Source: Chloroflexota bacterium (GTDB lineage Bacteria; Chloroflexota; Dehalococcoidia; DSTF01; JACRBR01). Taken from it: a stretch of DNA of 64,000 nucleotides. The translations under genes were made by a program, and so were the position numbers. Shown piece by piece: positions 37,659-46,781 of this stretch (its first letter is position 1; each line of letters opens with the position of its first letter). The stretch is taken from positions 15,006 to 79,005 of the forward strand of contig JBBING010000003.1 of NCBI GenBank assembly GCA_037444005.1, written 5' to 3'. Below the pieces are notes generated by a model. It made no database searches and was not told where the DNA came from. It worked only from the letters and a program-made list of their open reading frames with translations.

Positions 37659-38648
37659 ATGGCCAGCGGCGAGCGGCCCCGCGTCTTCGTGACCCGCCGG
37701 CTGCCCGGGGACGCCCTCGAGCGTCTGAGCGCGGCCGCTCACGTGGACGTGTGGGAGGGCGAGCTACCGCCGTCACGGGACGAGTTGATCGCGGGCGTCC
37801 GTGAAGCCGACGGCCTCATCTGCCTGCTCACGGACCGGATCGACGCCGGGGTGCTCGACGCGGCGCCGCGACTGCGAGTCGTCAGCACCATGGCCGTCGG
37901 GTACGACCACATCGATGTGGCGGTGGCGACGGCCCGCGGCATCCCTGTCGGTCACACGCCCGGCGTGCTCACGGAGACCACCGCCGACCTCGCGTGGGCG
38001 CTGCTCCTGGCGACGGCGCGGCGCGTCGTCGAAGGGGACCGCTTCGTCCGCGAAGGCCGCTGGAAGACGTGGGACCCGAACCTGCTGTTGGGCTACGACG
38101 TACACGGCGCGACACTGGGCATCGTGGGCATGGGGGCCATCGGACAGGCGGTGGCGCGACGCGCCCTCGGATTCGGGATGCGGGTCCTGTACACGCGGCG
38201 ATCGGCAGGCGAGGCGGAGATCGGCCGGCGAGTCTCGCTCGATGAGCTGCTCAGGGAGAGCGACTTCGTGTCGCTCCACGTGCCCCTCACGCCAGAAACG
38301 CGGCACCTCATCGGGGAGCGAGAGTTGCGGCTCATGAAGCGCACCGCGATCCTGATCAACACGGCGCGGGGCCCCGTCGTCGACCAGGCGGCGCTGGCGG
38401 CGGCCCTCCGCGAGGGCGTCATCGCGGGGGCGGGCGTCGACGTGACCGAGGTCGAACCGATCCCGCCCGACGATCCGCTGCTGGCGGCGCCGAACGTGGT
38501 GATCCTGCCGCATATCGGCAGCGCGAGCCACGCGACGCGCACGCGGATGGCCGAGATGGCGGTGGAGAACTGCATCGCTGGTCTCGAGGGACGGCCGCTG
38601 CCTCACTGCGTGAACCCCGAGGTCGAACGGGAACGGAAGTCGACATAA
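37659..38648 (+). CDS. D-isomer-specific 2-hydroxyacid dehydrogenase (glyoxylate/hydroxypyruvate reductase-like)
   Basis: NAD-binding [16 protein letters not shown] motif. Catalytic residues sit in the typical context (NTARG...D, HIGSAS). Confidence 0.9.
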   Translation: MASGERPRVFVTRRLPGDALERLSAAAHVDVWEGELPPSRDELIAGVREADGLICLLTDRIDAGVLDAAPRLRVVSTMAVGYDHIDVAVATARGIPVGHTPGVLTETTADLAWALLLATARRVVEGDRFVREGRWKTWDPNLLLGYDVHGATLGIVGMGAIGQAVARRALGFGMRVLYTRRSAGEAEIGRRVSLDELLRESDFVSLHVPLTPETRHLIGERELRLMKRTAILINTARGPVVDQAALAAALREGVIAGAGVDVTEVEPIPPDDPLLAAPNVVILPHIGSASHATRTRMAEMAVENCIAGLEGRPLPHCVNPEVERERKST

Positions 38649-38668
38649 CGAAGCAAGGAGCGAGACAG

Positions 38669-39649
38669 TTGCGCGCGATTCGATTCCACGAGCTCGGTGG
38701 CCCGGAGGTCCTGCGGTACGAGGACGCGCCCGACCCGTCCCCCGGCGCCGGCGAAGTGCTGGTTCGGGTGCGGGCTGCGGGCGTGAACTACGCGGACACG
38801 ATGTTCACCCGCGGCCGATATTTTCTCCAGCCGCGGTTCCCGCAGATCCCGGGCCTGGAGATCGCGGGTGAAGTTGTGGCGCTGGGGGAAGGCGTGAAGG
38901 GCTTCGCGCCCGGCGATCGAGTGATGGCGGCGCTGGCCAACGCCGGCGGCTACGCAGAGCTCGCGGCCGTGCCGGCGCATCACCTGACACGCATCCCCGA
39001 CGGGCTCGGCTGGACGGAAGCCGCCGCCATCCCGGTGCAGGCGGTGACGGCAGACCAGGTGCTGCATCTCGCGGGGCGCCTTCAGGCCGGGGAGACGGTG
39101 CTCGTACACGCGGCGGCCGGCGGCGTCGGCGTGATGCTCGTGCAGATGGCGAAGCTGGCCGGGGCCCGGGTGGTCGCGACGGCGTCGACCGAGCAGAAGC
39201 GGGAGCTCGCCCGCACGCTCGGGGCCGACGTCGCGATCGACTACACGAAGCCCGGTTGGGCCGACGCGGTGCTCGAGGCCACGGACGGCAGAGGCGCCGA
39301 CGTCATCTGCGAGATGGTGGGAGGCGATGTCTTCGCTCAGAGCCTGCGGTGCCTCGCGCCGTGGGGCCGTCTCGTGGTGTTCGGCGTCGCGGGTCCGGAG
39401 ATGCCGTCACTGAATCCAGCGGTCCTGATGCGCCTCAACCAGACCGTGGTCGGATACTACTTGACGACGGCGATGGAGCGCGCCGATCTCATGGCGCCGA
39501 CCCATGAGCGCATCTTCCGGGCTCTCGAGGGCGGATGGCTGCGGATCGTCGTCGGCGAGACGGCGCCACTGTCGGCCGCCGCTGACGTGCACCGGCGGAT
39601 GGTGGCGCGGGAGACCACGGGAAAGCTCGTGCTCATCCCGGACGCGTAA
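38669..39649 (+). CDS. NADPH:quinone oxidoreductase / zinc-type MDR family dehydrogenase
   Basis: TTG start with an AAGGAG RBS. MDR fold with cofactor motif AAGGVGVMLVQMAKLAGA. Confidence 0.85.
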   Translation: MRAIRFHELGGPEVLRYEDAPDPSPGAGEVLVRVRAAGVNYADTMFTRGRYFLQPRFPQIPGLEIAGEVVALGEGVKGFAPGDRVMAALANAGGYAELAAVPAHHLTRIPDGLGWTEAAAIPVQAVTADQVLHLAGRLQAGETVLVHAAAGGVGVMLVQMAKLAGARVVATASTEQKRELARTLGADVAIDYTKPGWADAVLEATDGRGADVICEMVGGDVFAQSLRCLAPWGRLVVFGVAGPEMPSLNPAVLMRLNQTVVGYYLTTAMERADLMAPTHERIFRALEGGWLRIVVGETAPLSAAADVHRRMVARETTGKLVLIPDA

Positions 39650-40549
39650 CTATCGCGCCGGGTTCGCCCGGACGAAGTCCACGATCACCTGCGCGAGCTC
39701 CTCGCCTTTGTCCTCCTGGAGGAAGTGCCCGGCGCCCTCGATGGTGGCGTGAGGCTGCCCGCGCGCCCCGGGGACTCGCGCCCGAAAGATGGCGTCGGCG
39801 CCGCGCGTGATGGGATCGCTATCGCTGAACGCCGTCAGAAACGGCTTCTCCCACCGCTCGAGCACGGCCCACGCGCGCCGGTTGGCTTCTGACGCCGGGT
39901 CATCCGGCCGCGTGGGCACAAGCATCGGAAAGGCGCGCGCGCCGGCCTTGTACCGCTCGTCGGGGAAGGGCGCGTCGTAGGCGGCGACGACCTCGGGCGG
40001 GAGCTCCGAGACACAGCCGCGGCTCACGATGAAGCCAATGGGCAGCTCGGGCGCTTCCTGCGAGAACCGCTGCCATCGCAGAAACGCCTCTCCCGGCGGG
40101 CGGTCCCCCGTGGGAAGAAAGGTGTTCGCCGCCACGATCCGGGCGAAGCGTTCGGGATGCTCGGCGGCGACGCGCAGTCCGATGAGCCCGCCCCAGTCCT
40201 GCCCCACGAGCGTGATCCCGCGCAGGTCGAGCGCCTGGATGAACTCCCACAGGCTGTCGACGTGGAAGTGGTACGAGTAGTCGTCTCGGCTCGCGGGTTT
40301 GTCGGAGCGACCGAAGCCGAAGAAGTCGGGCGCGACGGCTCGCAGGCCGGCGTCGACCAGCGCGGGAATCATCTTGCGGTAGAGGTAGGACCACGACGGC
40401 TCGCCGTGGAGCAAAAGGACCGGCTCCCGATCCGGTGGGCCCTCGTCCACGTAGTGCATCCGCAGGCCGCGGATCTCGACGTAGCGGGGGGCGAAGGGAT
40501 AGCCCGGCAGGTTGGAGAGGCGCTCGTCCGGAGTGCGCAACACGTCCAT
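39650..40549 (-). CDS. Haloalkane dehalogenase-like alpha/beta hydrolase
   Basis: HGEPSWSYLYR oxyanion/N-terminal signature, nucleophile elbow GQDWGG, and a C-terminal GHFLQED His motif. Confidence 0.85.
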   Translation of the reverse strand: MDVLRTPDERLSNLPGYPFAPRYVEIRGLRMHYVDEGPPDREPVLLLHGEPSWSYLYRKMIPALVDAGLRAVAPDFFGFGRSDKPASRDDYSYHFHVDSLWEFIQALDLRGITLVGQDWGGLIGLRVAAEHPERFARIVAANTFLPTGDRPPGEAFLRWQRFSQEAPELPIGFIVSRGCVSELPPEVVAAYDAPFPDERYKAGARAFPMLVPTRPDDPASEANRRAWAVLERWEKPFLTAFSDSDPITRGADAIFRARVPGARGQPHATIEGAGHFLQEDKGEELAQVIVDFVRANPAR

Positions 40550-40563
40550 ACAGTCGTCCTCGG

Positions 40564-41064
40564 TCAGGAGGCCGCCCGCTGGGCGAGCTGGCGGTCCACC
40601 ATCAGGAGGGCGGCCCCGCTGTCGCCCGCGAGCCGCAGCATCGCCAGGATCTCCGCGGCCGACTTCTCCTCCTCTACCTGCTCGTCCACATACCACTGGA
40701 GCAACGCCTGGGCGGCGTAGTCCTTCTCGGTGACCGCGAGGTCGTACAGGCGGTAGATGGCAGCCGTGACCTCCTGTTCGTGCGACAGCACCTGCTCGAA
40801 GATCGCCGTGAGCGAGCCGAACTGGGCCGGAGGCGCCTCGATACCGCCGAGGGTGACCTCGCCGCCGCGCTCGGTCACGTAGTCGATGAGCTTGGTGGCG
40901 TGCCCCAACTCCTCCTGCCACTGGAGGCGGAGCCAGTGGGCGGCGCCCGTGAGGTTTCGCTGGTCGCAGAACGCGGACATGCTCAGGTAGAGGTAGGCGG
41001 AAGCGAGCTCGGCGTTGATCTGTTCGTTGAGGGCCTTGCGCATGGCGTCCGAGAGTGCGGGCAT
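40564..41064 (-). CDS. ftn: Ferritin (non-haem ferritin-like diiron protein)
   Basis: 166 aa. Ferroxidase-centre glutamates/His in NEQINAELASAYLYLSMSAF and QEELGHATKL. GAGGAGG RBS. Confidence 0.88.
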   Translation of the reverse strand: MPALSDAMRKALNEQINAELASAYLYLSMSAFCDQRNLTGAAHWLRLQWQEELGHATKLIDYVTERGGEVTLGGIEAPPAQFGSLTAIFEQVLSHEQEVTAAIYRLYDLAVTEKDYAAQALLQWYVDEQVEEEKSAAEILAMLRLAGDSGAALLMVDRQLAQRAAS

Positions 41065-41213
41065 GGGAGAACCTCCTCGTTCTTTGGCGGTATGGTACGG
41101 CCTTCCGCCGCCGAGCGCATCCTCTGCAGCGACTGGCCGCGGAAACGCCGACAGGAAATGTCGCTGACGTCCGATAGTATCCTGGAACGTTCGCGTATTT
41201 TGAAAGGAGAGGC

Positions 41214-41480
41214 ATGCTGCGCTTCTTTGCAGGGTTTCTGGCGGGCGTCGCCATCGTCGCGGGCGTGCTGACCGGGAAGATGGCGTTCGCAAGCCCGGAA
41301 CGTCAGACGCTGTGGTCGGACTTCTGCATCTACCGGGTTGAGGACGTCTCGTACTGGCTCGATCTGCCATACGGAAGCGCGAAGATGATCACGGGGGTCG
41401 CGGGCAATTGGGACGGCTGGATCAGCGACTATCAGGTGGTGAACGCCGTCGGCGCCTTCGGTTGCCAGCGCGTGTACTGA
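41214..41480 (+). CDS. Small hypothetical protein with N-terminal TM helix
   Basis: 88 aa with an AGGAG RBS 6 nt upstream of the ATG. No known motif. Confidence 0.45.
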   Translation: MLRFFAGFLAGVAIVAGVLTGKMAFASPERQTLWSDFCIYRVEDVSYWLDLPYGSAKMITGVAGNWDGWISDYQVVNAVGAFGCQRVY

Positions 41481-41544
41481 GAGGTCTATCGATCGCGTCC
41501 CCTCGATGTGACCGAATGCCCGTCTAAGCGTGACAGGATCGTGG

Positions 41545-41621
41545 TGGCGCCCTCGGCAGGACTCGAACCTGCGACCTACTGATTCGAAGTCAGGCGCTCT
41601 ATCCGACTGAGCTACGAGGGC
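41545..41621 (-). tRNA. tRNA-Arg (anticodon TCG)
   Basis: Reverse complement folds as a cloverleaf: acceptor GCCCTCG/CGAGGGC, D-arm GCTC..GAGC, anticodon loop CTTCGAA, T-arm GCAGG-TTCGAGT-CCTGC, and an encoded CCA. Confidence 0.85.
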
Positions 41622-41828
41622 GCGGCGTCGAAGGGCGCCACCCCGTGGTTGCGTCCCTCGCCCAAAGCCTTTACAGTGCCAGAGGAGGCGCCGGAACGCC
41701 ATTCGTGGTGGCTCTGGCGCAGTCTACCATGGGTTCGAATTCGCTCTCAATGCAACTCGAGGCGTCTTCCAATCCGGAGGGCCCGGGCGATCGTCGCTCG
41801 TGGGCCCTGACATGGGACATTCACGGTT

Positions 41829-43181
41829 ATGGCGGTGGAAGCTCGCCAGCAGCAGCTTCTCGACGAGGTGCGCGCGCTCGTCGAGTCGGGCGAGGTGCGC
41901 AAGGCGCTCTCGCTGCTGGCTGCGCTTCACCCGGCCGACCAGGCTGACGTCATAGAGGAGCTGGGCCCCGCCCTCCGCGAGCCCCTGCTCCGCACCTTCT
42001 CCCCCGACGAAACCGCCGAAATCCTCGAACATCTCGCCGAAGAGCCCCGCGAACGGCTGGTCCGCACCCTGGCCCCCGAGTTCCTCGGGCCGGTGCTCGA
42101 CCACGTCCACGAGGACGTAGCCGCGGACATCCTCCAGGCCCTCGACCGCGAACAGGCGGAAGCGGTCCTCGCCCGCATGGAGGAGCCCGACCGCGTGCGC
42201 AGCCTCCTGGCGCACGAGGAGGAGACGGCCGGCGGGCGCATGACGCCCGCGGTCGTGGCTCTGCACAAGGGGTGGACCGTCGACGAGGCCATCGCCTACC
42301 TCCGCTCGCAGAAGCCGGACGTCGACTACCCGTACTACCTCTACGTGGTCGACGCCGACCACCGGCTCGAAGGCATCGTGAGTATGCGCCAGCTCATCGT
42401 GTCCGACCCGGGCACGAAGCTGGGCGACATCATGGACCGCGACGTCATCAGCGTCGCCGCTGGCGCGGACCAGGAGGTGGCCGCGGAGAAGATGCGGCAC
42501 TACGACCTGATGGCGCTGCCCGTGGTCGACGACGACGGGCGCCTGGTGGGCGTCATCACCGCCGATGACGTGCTCGATGTGCAGGTGGAGGAGGCGACGG
42601 AGGACATCTACCGGCAGGCCGGCCTCGACGTGCAGGAGTCGGTGCTCAGCCCCGTCGGGACGGCGCTGCGCCGCCGGGTGCCGTGGCTGCTCGTCAACCT
42701 CACGACGGCGTTCGTGGCCGCGCTCACGGTGAGCGCGTTCGAGGGGACGATCTCGCGGGTCGCGATGCTGGCGGCCTTCATGCCCATCATCGCGGGACAT
42801 GGCGGGAACACGGGTACACAGGCGACGACGCTCGTGGTGCGCGGGCTCGCCCTGGGCGAGGTCAGCGTGCGGGACGCCGCGCGCGTCGCCGCTAAGGAGA
42901 TTGCGTTCGGATTCATCCACGGGCTCATCGCCGGGCTCCTGACCGCGGGGCTGGCGCTTGCCCTGTCGCAGAACGTGTGGCTCTCGCTCGTGGTGCTGGT
43001 CGCGATGGTGGGGAATCTCGTGGTCGCGGGGCTCGCCGGCGCGCTCATTCCTCTCGGACTCAAGGCTATCCGGATCGACCCCGCCCTGGCGTCGGCGATC
43101 TGGCTCACCACCTTCACGGACGTGATGGGCTTCCTGTTCCTGCTCGGGCTAGGGAGCCTGCTGGTGGACCGGCTGGCGTAA
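41829..43181 (+). CDS. mgtE: Magnesium transporter MgtE
   Basis: N-terminal domain, tandem CBS domains, and a C-terminal TM domain with IIAGHGGNTGTQATT and the MgtE-family TM signature. Confidence 0.93.
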   Translation: MAVEARQQQLLDEVRALVESGEVRKALSLLAALHPADQADVIEELGPALREPLLRTFSPDETAEILEHLAEEPRERLVRTLAPEFLGPVLDHVHEDVAADILQALDREQAEAVLARMEEPDRVRSLLAHEEETAGGRMTPAVVALHKGWTVDEAIAYLRSQKPDVDYPYYLYVVDADHRLEGIVSMRQLIVSDPGTKLGDIMDRDVISVAAGADQEVAAEKMRHYDLMALPVVDDDGRLVGVITADDVLDVQVEEATEDIYRQAGLDVQESVLSPVGTALRRRVPWLLVNLTTAFVAALTVSAFEGTISRVAMLAAFMPIIAGHGGNTGTQATTLVVRGLALGEVSVRDAARVAAKEIAFGFIHGLIAGLLTAGLALALSQNVWLSLVVLVAMVGNLVVAGLAGALIPLGLKAIRIDPALASAIWLTTFTDVMGFLFLLGLGSLLVDRLA

Positions 43182-43203
43182 GGCCGGCGCGCGCCTCCGG
43201 ACG

Positions 43204-44187
43204 CTAGTTCTCTTCGCGGGTCGAGCGGTCGACTACGAGGTCGATGCGGGTGTAGCCCTCGTGCGCGTCGTCCTCCGAGGCGGTGACGGCGCCGGTGAAC
43301 CGCTCATCGGGGTCGTTGAAGGACATGGTGTCCTCGCCGCCGGCCGACGCGTCGTCGACATTCCAGCCCTGTTCCTCGAAGGCGCCGCGGTAGAAGTCCA
43401 TCACCGCGGCGATGTTGTCGCGCGTGAGGGCGGAGAGGAAGAATCGCGTCGAGCCCGGCTGCTTCAGGAACGCCGCGTCGGTGACGACCGCCTCCGGGTA
43501 CACGGGGACCTCGGCGGGAAAATCGGGCGGCAGCGCGCGGCTTTCCTCGACAGGAGGCTCGCCCGTGTCCTCGTGGGGCGCCTGCACCACGGTGAGGATG
43601 GTCGTCGTGCCCTGCTTCTGGCTCCGGATGTTCACCGCGCCCTGCACGTCGGGGTCCTCGACGTTCGAGAACTGCACGGCGACGATGTCAGGGCTGGACG
43701 AGCCGCCGGTCACCTGCCACGGGTCCTCATCGAGCGCCTCGAGGAAGTACGCGACGACCGCGTCTTCCGCCTCGTCGACCCGGCTTACGAGCAGGTAGGT
43801 GTCCGTGCCGTCGCCCAGGCTCAGGCGGTAGGAGACGACGAGGCGGGCGTCGGGATGCGCGGGGAGATCGTCCGGCAGCGAGTCGGGTGTGGCCGCGATG
43901 AATTCGTCGAACCGGGAATCGCTGTCGCCCGAGAGCGCGAGGATCGCAGCGATGGACGCCGCGGTCTGGCGGTCGGCGTCGACCTCGCTTCCGCCGCGGT
44001 CGACCAGAAGGAACGCCGCGGCTACGGCGCCTCCCGCTACGATCGCGCCCACGAGCGCCGCAAGCGCGAGCGCGAACCGGCCCGAACGGCGCGGGCGGTC
44101 GAAGCCGTACTCGAAGGTGCGGAGGGGTGCGCTCTCGTCGGGCGGGGGCGGCGCCGGTGGTTCAGCGGGAGGGACGGATTCGGGCAC
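43204..44187 (-). CDS. Hypothetical membrane-anchored acidic protein (Pro-rich N-terminus, single TM)
   Basis: The longer in-frame ORF would overlap tRNA-His. A GTG start downstream of the tRNA gives PESVPPAEPPAPPPPDE..., then a TM helix (FALALAALVGAIVAGGAVAAAFLLV) and an Asp/Glu-rich extracytoplasmic domain. Confidence 0.5.
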   Translation of the reverse strand: MPESVPPAEPPAPPPPDESAPLRTFEYGFDRPRRSGRFALALAALVGAIVAGGAVAAAFLLVDRGGSEVDADRQTAASIAAILALSGDSDSRFDEFIAATPDSLPDDLPAHPDARLVVSYRLSLGDGTDTYLLVSRVDEAEDAVVAYFLEALDEDPWQVTGGSSSPDIVAVQFSNVEDPDVQGAVNIRSQKQGTTTILTVVQAPHEDTGEPPVEESRALPPDFPAEVPVYPEAVVTDAAFLKQPGSTRFFLSALTRDNIAAVMDFYRGAFEEQGWNVDDASAGGEDTMSFNDPDERFTGAVTASEDDAHEGYTRIDLVVDRSTREEN

Positions 44188-44220
44188 GTGACCCCCGGGC
44201 GTGATCGCGAAGGTGGATGA

Positions 44221-44297
44221 TGGGGTGGACGGAGGGATTCGAACCCTCGATCTCCTGGGCCACAACCAGGCGCATTAACCGCTATGCAACGCCCACC
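44221..44297 (-). tRNA. tRNA-His (anticodon GTG) with genomically encoded G-1
   Basis: Acceptor GTGGGCG/CGTCCAC with one G-U pair, an extra 5' G opposite discriminator C73, anticodon loop TTGTGGC, T-loop TTCGAAT, and an encoded CCA. Confidence 0.88.
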
Positions 44298-44300
44298 GCG

Positions 44301-44326
44301 AAAAAAGTGTGCCCTTTCGGGGGCAC
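44301..44326 (-). terminator. Rho-independent terminator (GUGCCC-CCGAAA-GGGCAC + U-tract) downstream of the metallophosphoesterase gene
   Basis: On the minus strand: a 6-bp GC-rich stem GTGCCC/GGGCAC, loop CCGAAA, then ACTTTTTT. Confidence 0.7.
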
Positions 44327-44429
44327 GTCGGCGCTGGCGAACCCTGACGTCAGCCTCACGATAGCGGACGCCCGAAGGGCGGGTCAAGGCGAACTCGCCG
44401 CGCCCTGGAGACGGGCGCCTCCGCACTGA

Positions 44430-44993
44430 TTACGCGCGTCTTGGGATGGGCTCGGCGCCCGGCAACCACTCCACCCAGGCGCGCGCAGTCCCGCCGTCGA
44501 TCTCGAGGAAGCCGATGGTACCTTTGCGCGTGGTGTAGTTCCGCGGAAACGTGGGCGAGCCGGGATTCACGAGGAGCACGCCCTTGAGTTCGGACACCTC
44601 CTCGACGTGCGTATCGCCGTAGACGATGACGTCGACGGGCCCGCCGAAATGATGGTCCATCATGGACTCGAGCGTCCGATGGGGTGGCCACTCTGGCAAG
44701 GCGAGGTCGTGGACCAGACCGACGCGCAGACCGCCGAAGGTGAGGACGTGGGCGCGTTTGAGGCGCGGGTCGTCCGGGGTCACCGGCCTGCCGCCCCCTC
44801 CGTCGTCTCCGTTGCCGCGCGCGGCGAACACCGGGACGCCGCAGCGCTGTTCGAGCCAGTCCAGCACCTCGATCGCGTGCAGATCGCCCGCATGCAGGAT
44901 GGCGTCGACATCGCGAAAGGCGTCGTACACCTCGGGCCAGAGGGCGTCTCGCGCCTCCGGGATGTGGGTGTCCGAGATGAGCCCGATGCGCAT
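44430..44993 (-). CDS. Metallophosphoesterase (YfcE/MJ0936-like phosphodiesterase)
   Basis: Motifs IGLISDTHIP, LHAGDL, GNGD and GDTH. The longer upstream ORF extension reads as low-complexity, non-protein-like sequence. Confidence 0.85.
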   Translation of the reverse strand: MRIGLISDTHIPEARDALWPEVYDAFRDVDAILHAGDLHAIEVLDWLEQRCGVPVFAARGNGDDGGGGRPVTPDDPRLKRAHVLTFGGLRVGLVHDLALPEWPPHRTLESMMDHHFGGPVDVIVYGDTHVEEVSELKGVLLVNPGSPTFPRNYTTRKGTIGFLEIDGGTARAWVEWLPGAEPIPRRA

Positions 44994-45108
44994 ACGCGAA
45001 GGATAACAGAGCTTCGGCTGGGGCGGGCCGGCCCCCACTCGGACGTGCCGACGAGGAGCGCGTTCCGATAGAATTGGGGCGCGGGACCACGCAGCAGGAG
45101 TTCTAGCG

Positions 45109-46029
45109 ATGGCCATGGAGAGCGAACGGTCGAAGAACGGCGACGGCGCCGCCACGGGGACGTGGACGGTCAAGAAGGGCCTCGCCCAGATGCTCAAGGG
45201 CGGCGTCATCATGGACGTGGTGACGCCAGAGCAGGCGAAGATCGCGGAGGAGGCCGGCGCGTGCGCCGTCATGGCGCTCGAACGGGTGCCGGCGGACATT
45301 CGGGCGGCGGGGGGCGTCGCCCGCATGGCTGACCCCGAGGTCATCATTCGCATCATGGAGGCCGTGACGATTCCCGTGATGGCGAAGTGCCGCATTGGTC
45401 ACTTCGTCGAGGCGCAGGTGCTCGAGGCCATCGGCGTCGACTACATCGACGAGTCTGAAGTGCTGACCCCGGCGGACGAGGCGCACCACGTCAACAAGCA
45501 TCTGTTCAAGGTGCCGTTCGTGTGCGGGGCCCGGGACCTGGGTGAGGCCCTGCGGCGTATCGGCGAGGGCGCGGCGATGATCCGCACGAAGGGCGAGGCG
45601 GGCACCGGCAATATCGTGGAAGCGGTGCGGCACATGCGGGCCGTATGGGACGGGATCCGCCGCATTCAGAACATGCCGGACGAAGAGCTCATGGCGGAAG
45701 CGAAGAACCTGGGCGCCCCGTACGAGCTCGTCAAGATGGTGAAGGAAGAGGGCCGGCTCCCCGTGGTCAACTTCGCTGCCGGCGGCGTGGCCACGCCGGC
45801 CGACGCGGCGCTCATGATGCAGCTCGGCGCCGACGGCGTCTTCGTGGGGTCGGGCATCTTCAAGTCGGAGAACCCCGAGAAGCGGGCGCGGGCCATCGTC
45901 CGGGCCGTGACGCACTACAACGACCCGAAGATCATCGCAGAGGTCTCCCGCGGGCTGGGCGAGCCGATGCGCGGGCTCGACATCGCCTCTATTCCCAGGG
46001 AAGAGCTGCTGGCGGGTCGCGGCTGGTAA
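45109..46029 (+). CDS. pdxS: Pyridoxal 5'-phosphate synthase lyase subunit PdxS
   Basis: Near-identical conserved blocks [20 protein letters not shown] and [16 protein letters not shown]. Confidence 0.97.
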   Translation: MAMESERSKNGDGAATGTWTVKKGLAQMLKGGVIMDVVTPEQAKIAEEAGACAVMALERVPADIRAAGGVARMADPEVIIRIMEAVTIPVMAKCRIGHFVEAQVLEAIGVDYIDESEVLTPADEAHHVNKHLFKVPFVCGARDLGEALRRIGEGAAMIRTKGEAGTGNIVEAVRHMRAVWDGIRRIQNMPDEELMAEAKNLGAPYELVKMVKEEGRLPVVNFAAGGVATPADAALMMQLGADGVFVGSGIFKSENPEKRARAIVRAVTHYNDPKIIAEVSRGLGEPMRGLDIASIPREELLAGRGW

Positions 46030-46059
46030 CCCCGCGACGTTGGCAGGAAGGAGCCGTTC

Positions 46060-46752
46060 ATGCCCCTGCTTACGGAGGATCAGCGCACCCAGATCAAGGA
46101 ACATCTCGAGCAGCGCCTGGTCGACCCCGTCGAGATCGTCCATTTCACGCAAGCGGAGTCCCCGCTCATCGTGCCGGGGCGCCACGAGTGCCAGTACTGC
46201 AAAGAGACGCGCGAGCTGCTCGCCGAGGTGAGCGAGCTCTCCGACAAGATCCGGCTCACCGTCTACGACCTGGTGCGCGATCGCGAACAGGCCGAGCGGT
46301 ACGGCGTCGACAGCGTTCCCGCCACGATCTTTTCCAGTCAGCACACGAAGGGTGTCGTCCGCTACTTCGGCGTGCCCTCGGGGTACGAGTTCGCGGCTGT
46401 GCTCGAGGACCTGGTCGACCTGTCGACCTCGGCGTCAGGGCTCAGCGCCGACACGCTCGCCAAGCTGGGGGCGCTAACGCAGGATGTGCACATCCGTGTC
46501 TTCGTCACCCCCACCTGACCGTACTGCCCCCAGGCGGCCAGGTTGGCCCACGAGATGGCGAAGGCGAGCGAACGGGTGACCGCGGACGTGATCGAAGCGA
46601 TCGAGTTTCCGCATCTGGCGCAGAAGTACCGCGTGATGGGCGTCCCCAAGACGGTCATCAACGACCGCGTCGAGATCGTGGGGGCCGTGCCGGAATCGCA
46701 TCTCATCACGAAGGTCATGGAAGCGGTGGAGGGACCCGCCGCCTCCGGCTAG
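46060..46752 (+). CDS. PDO/glutaredoxin-like thioredoxin-fold protein with in-frame TGA at 46516-46518 (candidate selenocysteine; alternatively a nonsense-disrupted gene)
   Basis: AAGGAG RBS. Unit 1 carries CQYC. The frame-1 TGA falls exactly where the first Cys of the second active site is expected (VFVTPT-[TGA]-PYCPQAARLAHEMAKAS), and the same frame continues 234 nt to a stop at 46752. Confidence 0.55.
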
Positions 46753-46781
46753 CGCCGGCGTCCCTGCGTTACAATGTCAAC

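Noticed and set aside
39650-41254. 534-aa ORF extending the dehalogenase upstream through the ferritin gene
   Set aside because: Only the last 299 codons are protein-like (haloalkane dehalogenase). The upstream part is an out-of-frame overlap of the ferritin gene.
41622-41828. Possible M-box (Mg2+) riboswitch upstream of mgtE
   Set aside because: I looked for M-box consensus segments and found no convincing match. The region is better explained as a promoter or leader next to the tRNA-Arg gene.
43182-43204. Palindrome GGCGCGCGCC after mgtE as a terminator
   Set aside because: It is self-complementary with no loop and no U-tract, and the convergent gene stop lies 20 nt away. Not a convincing intrinsic terminator.
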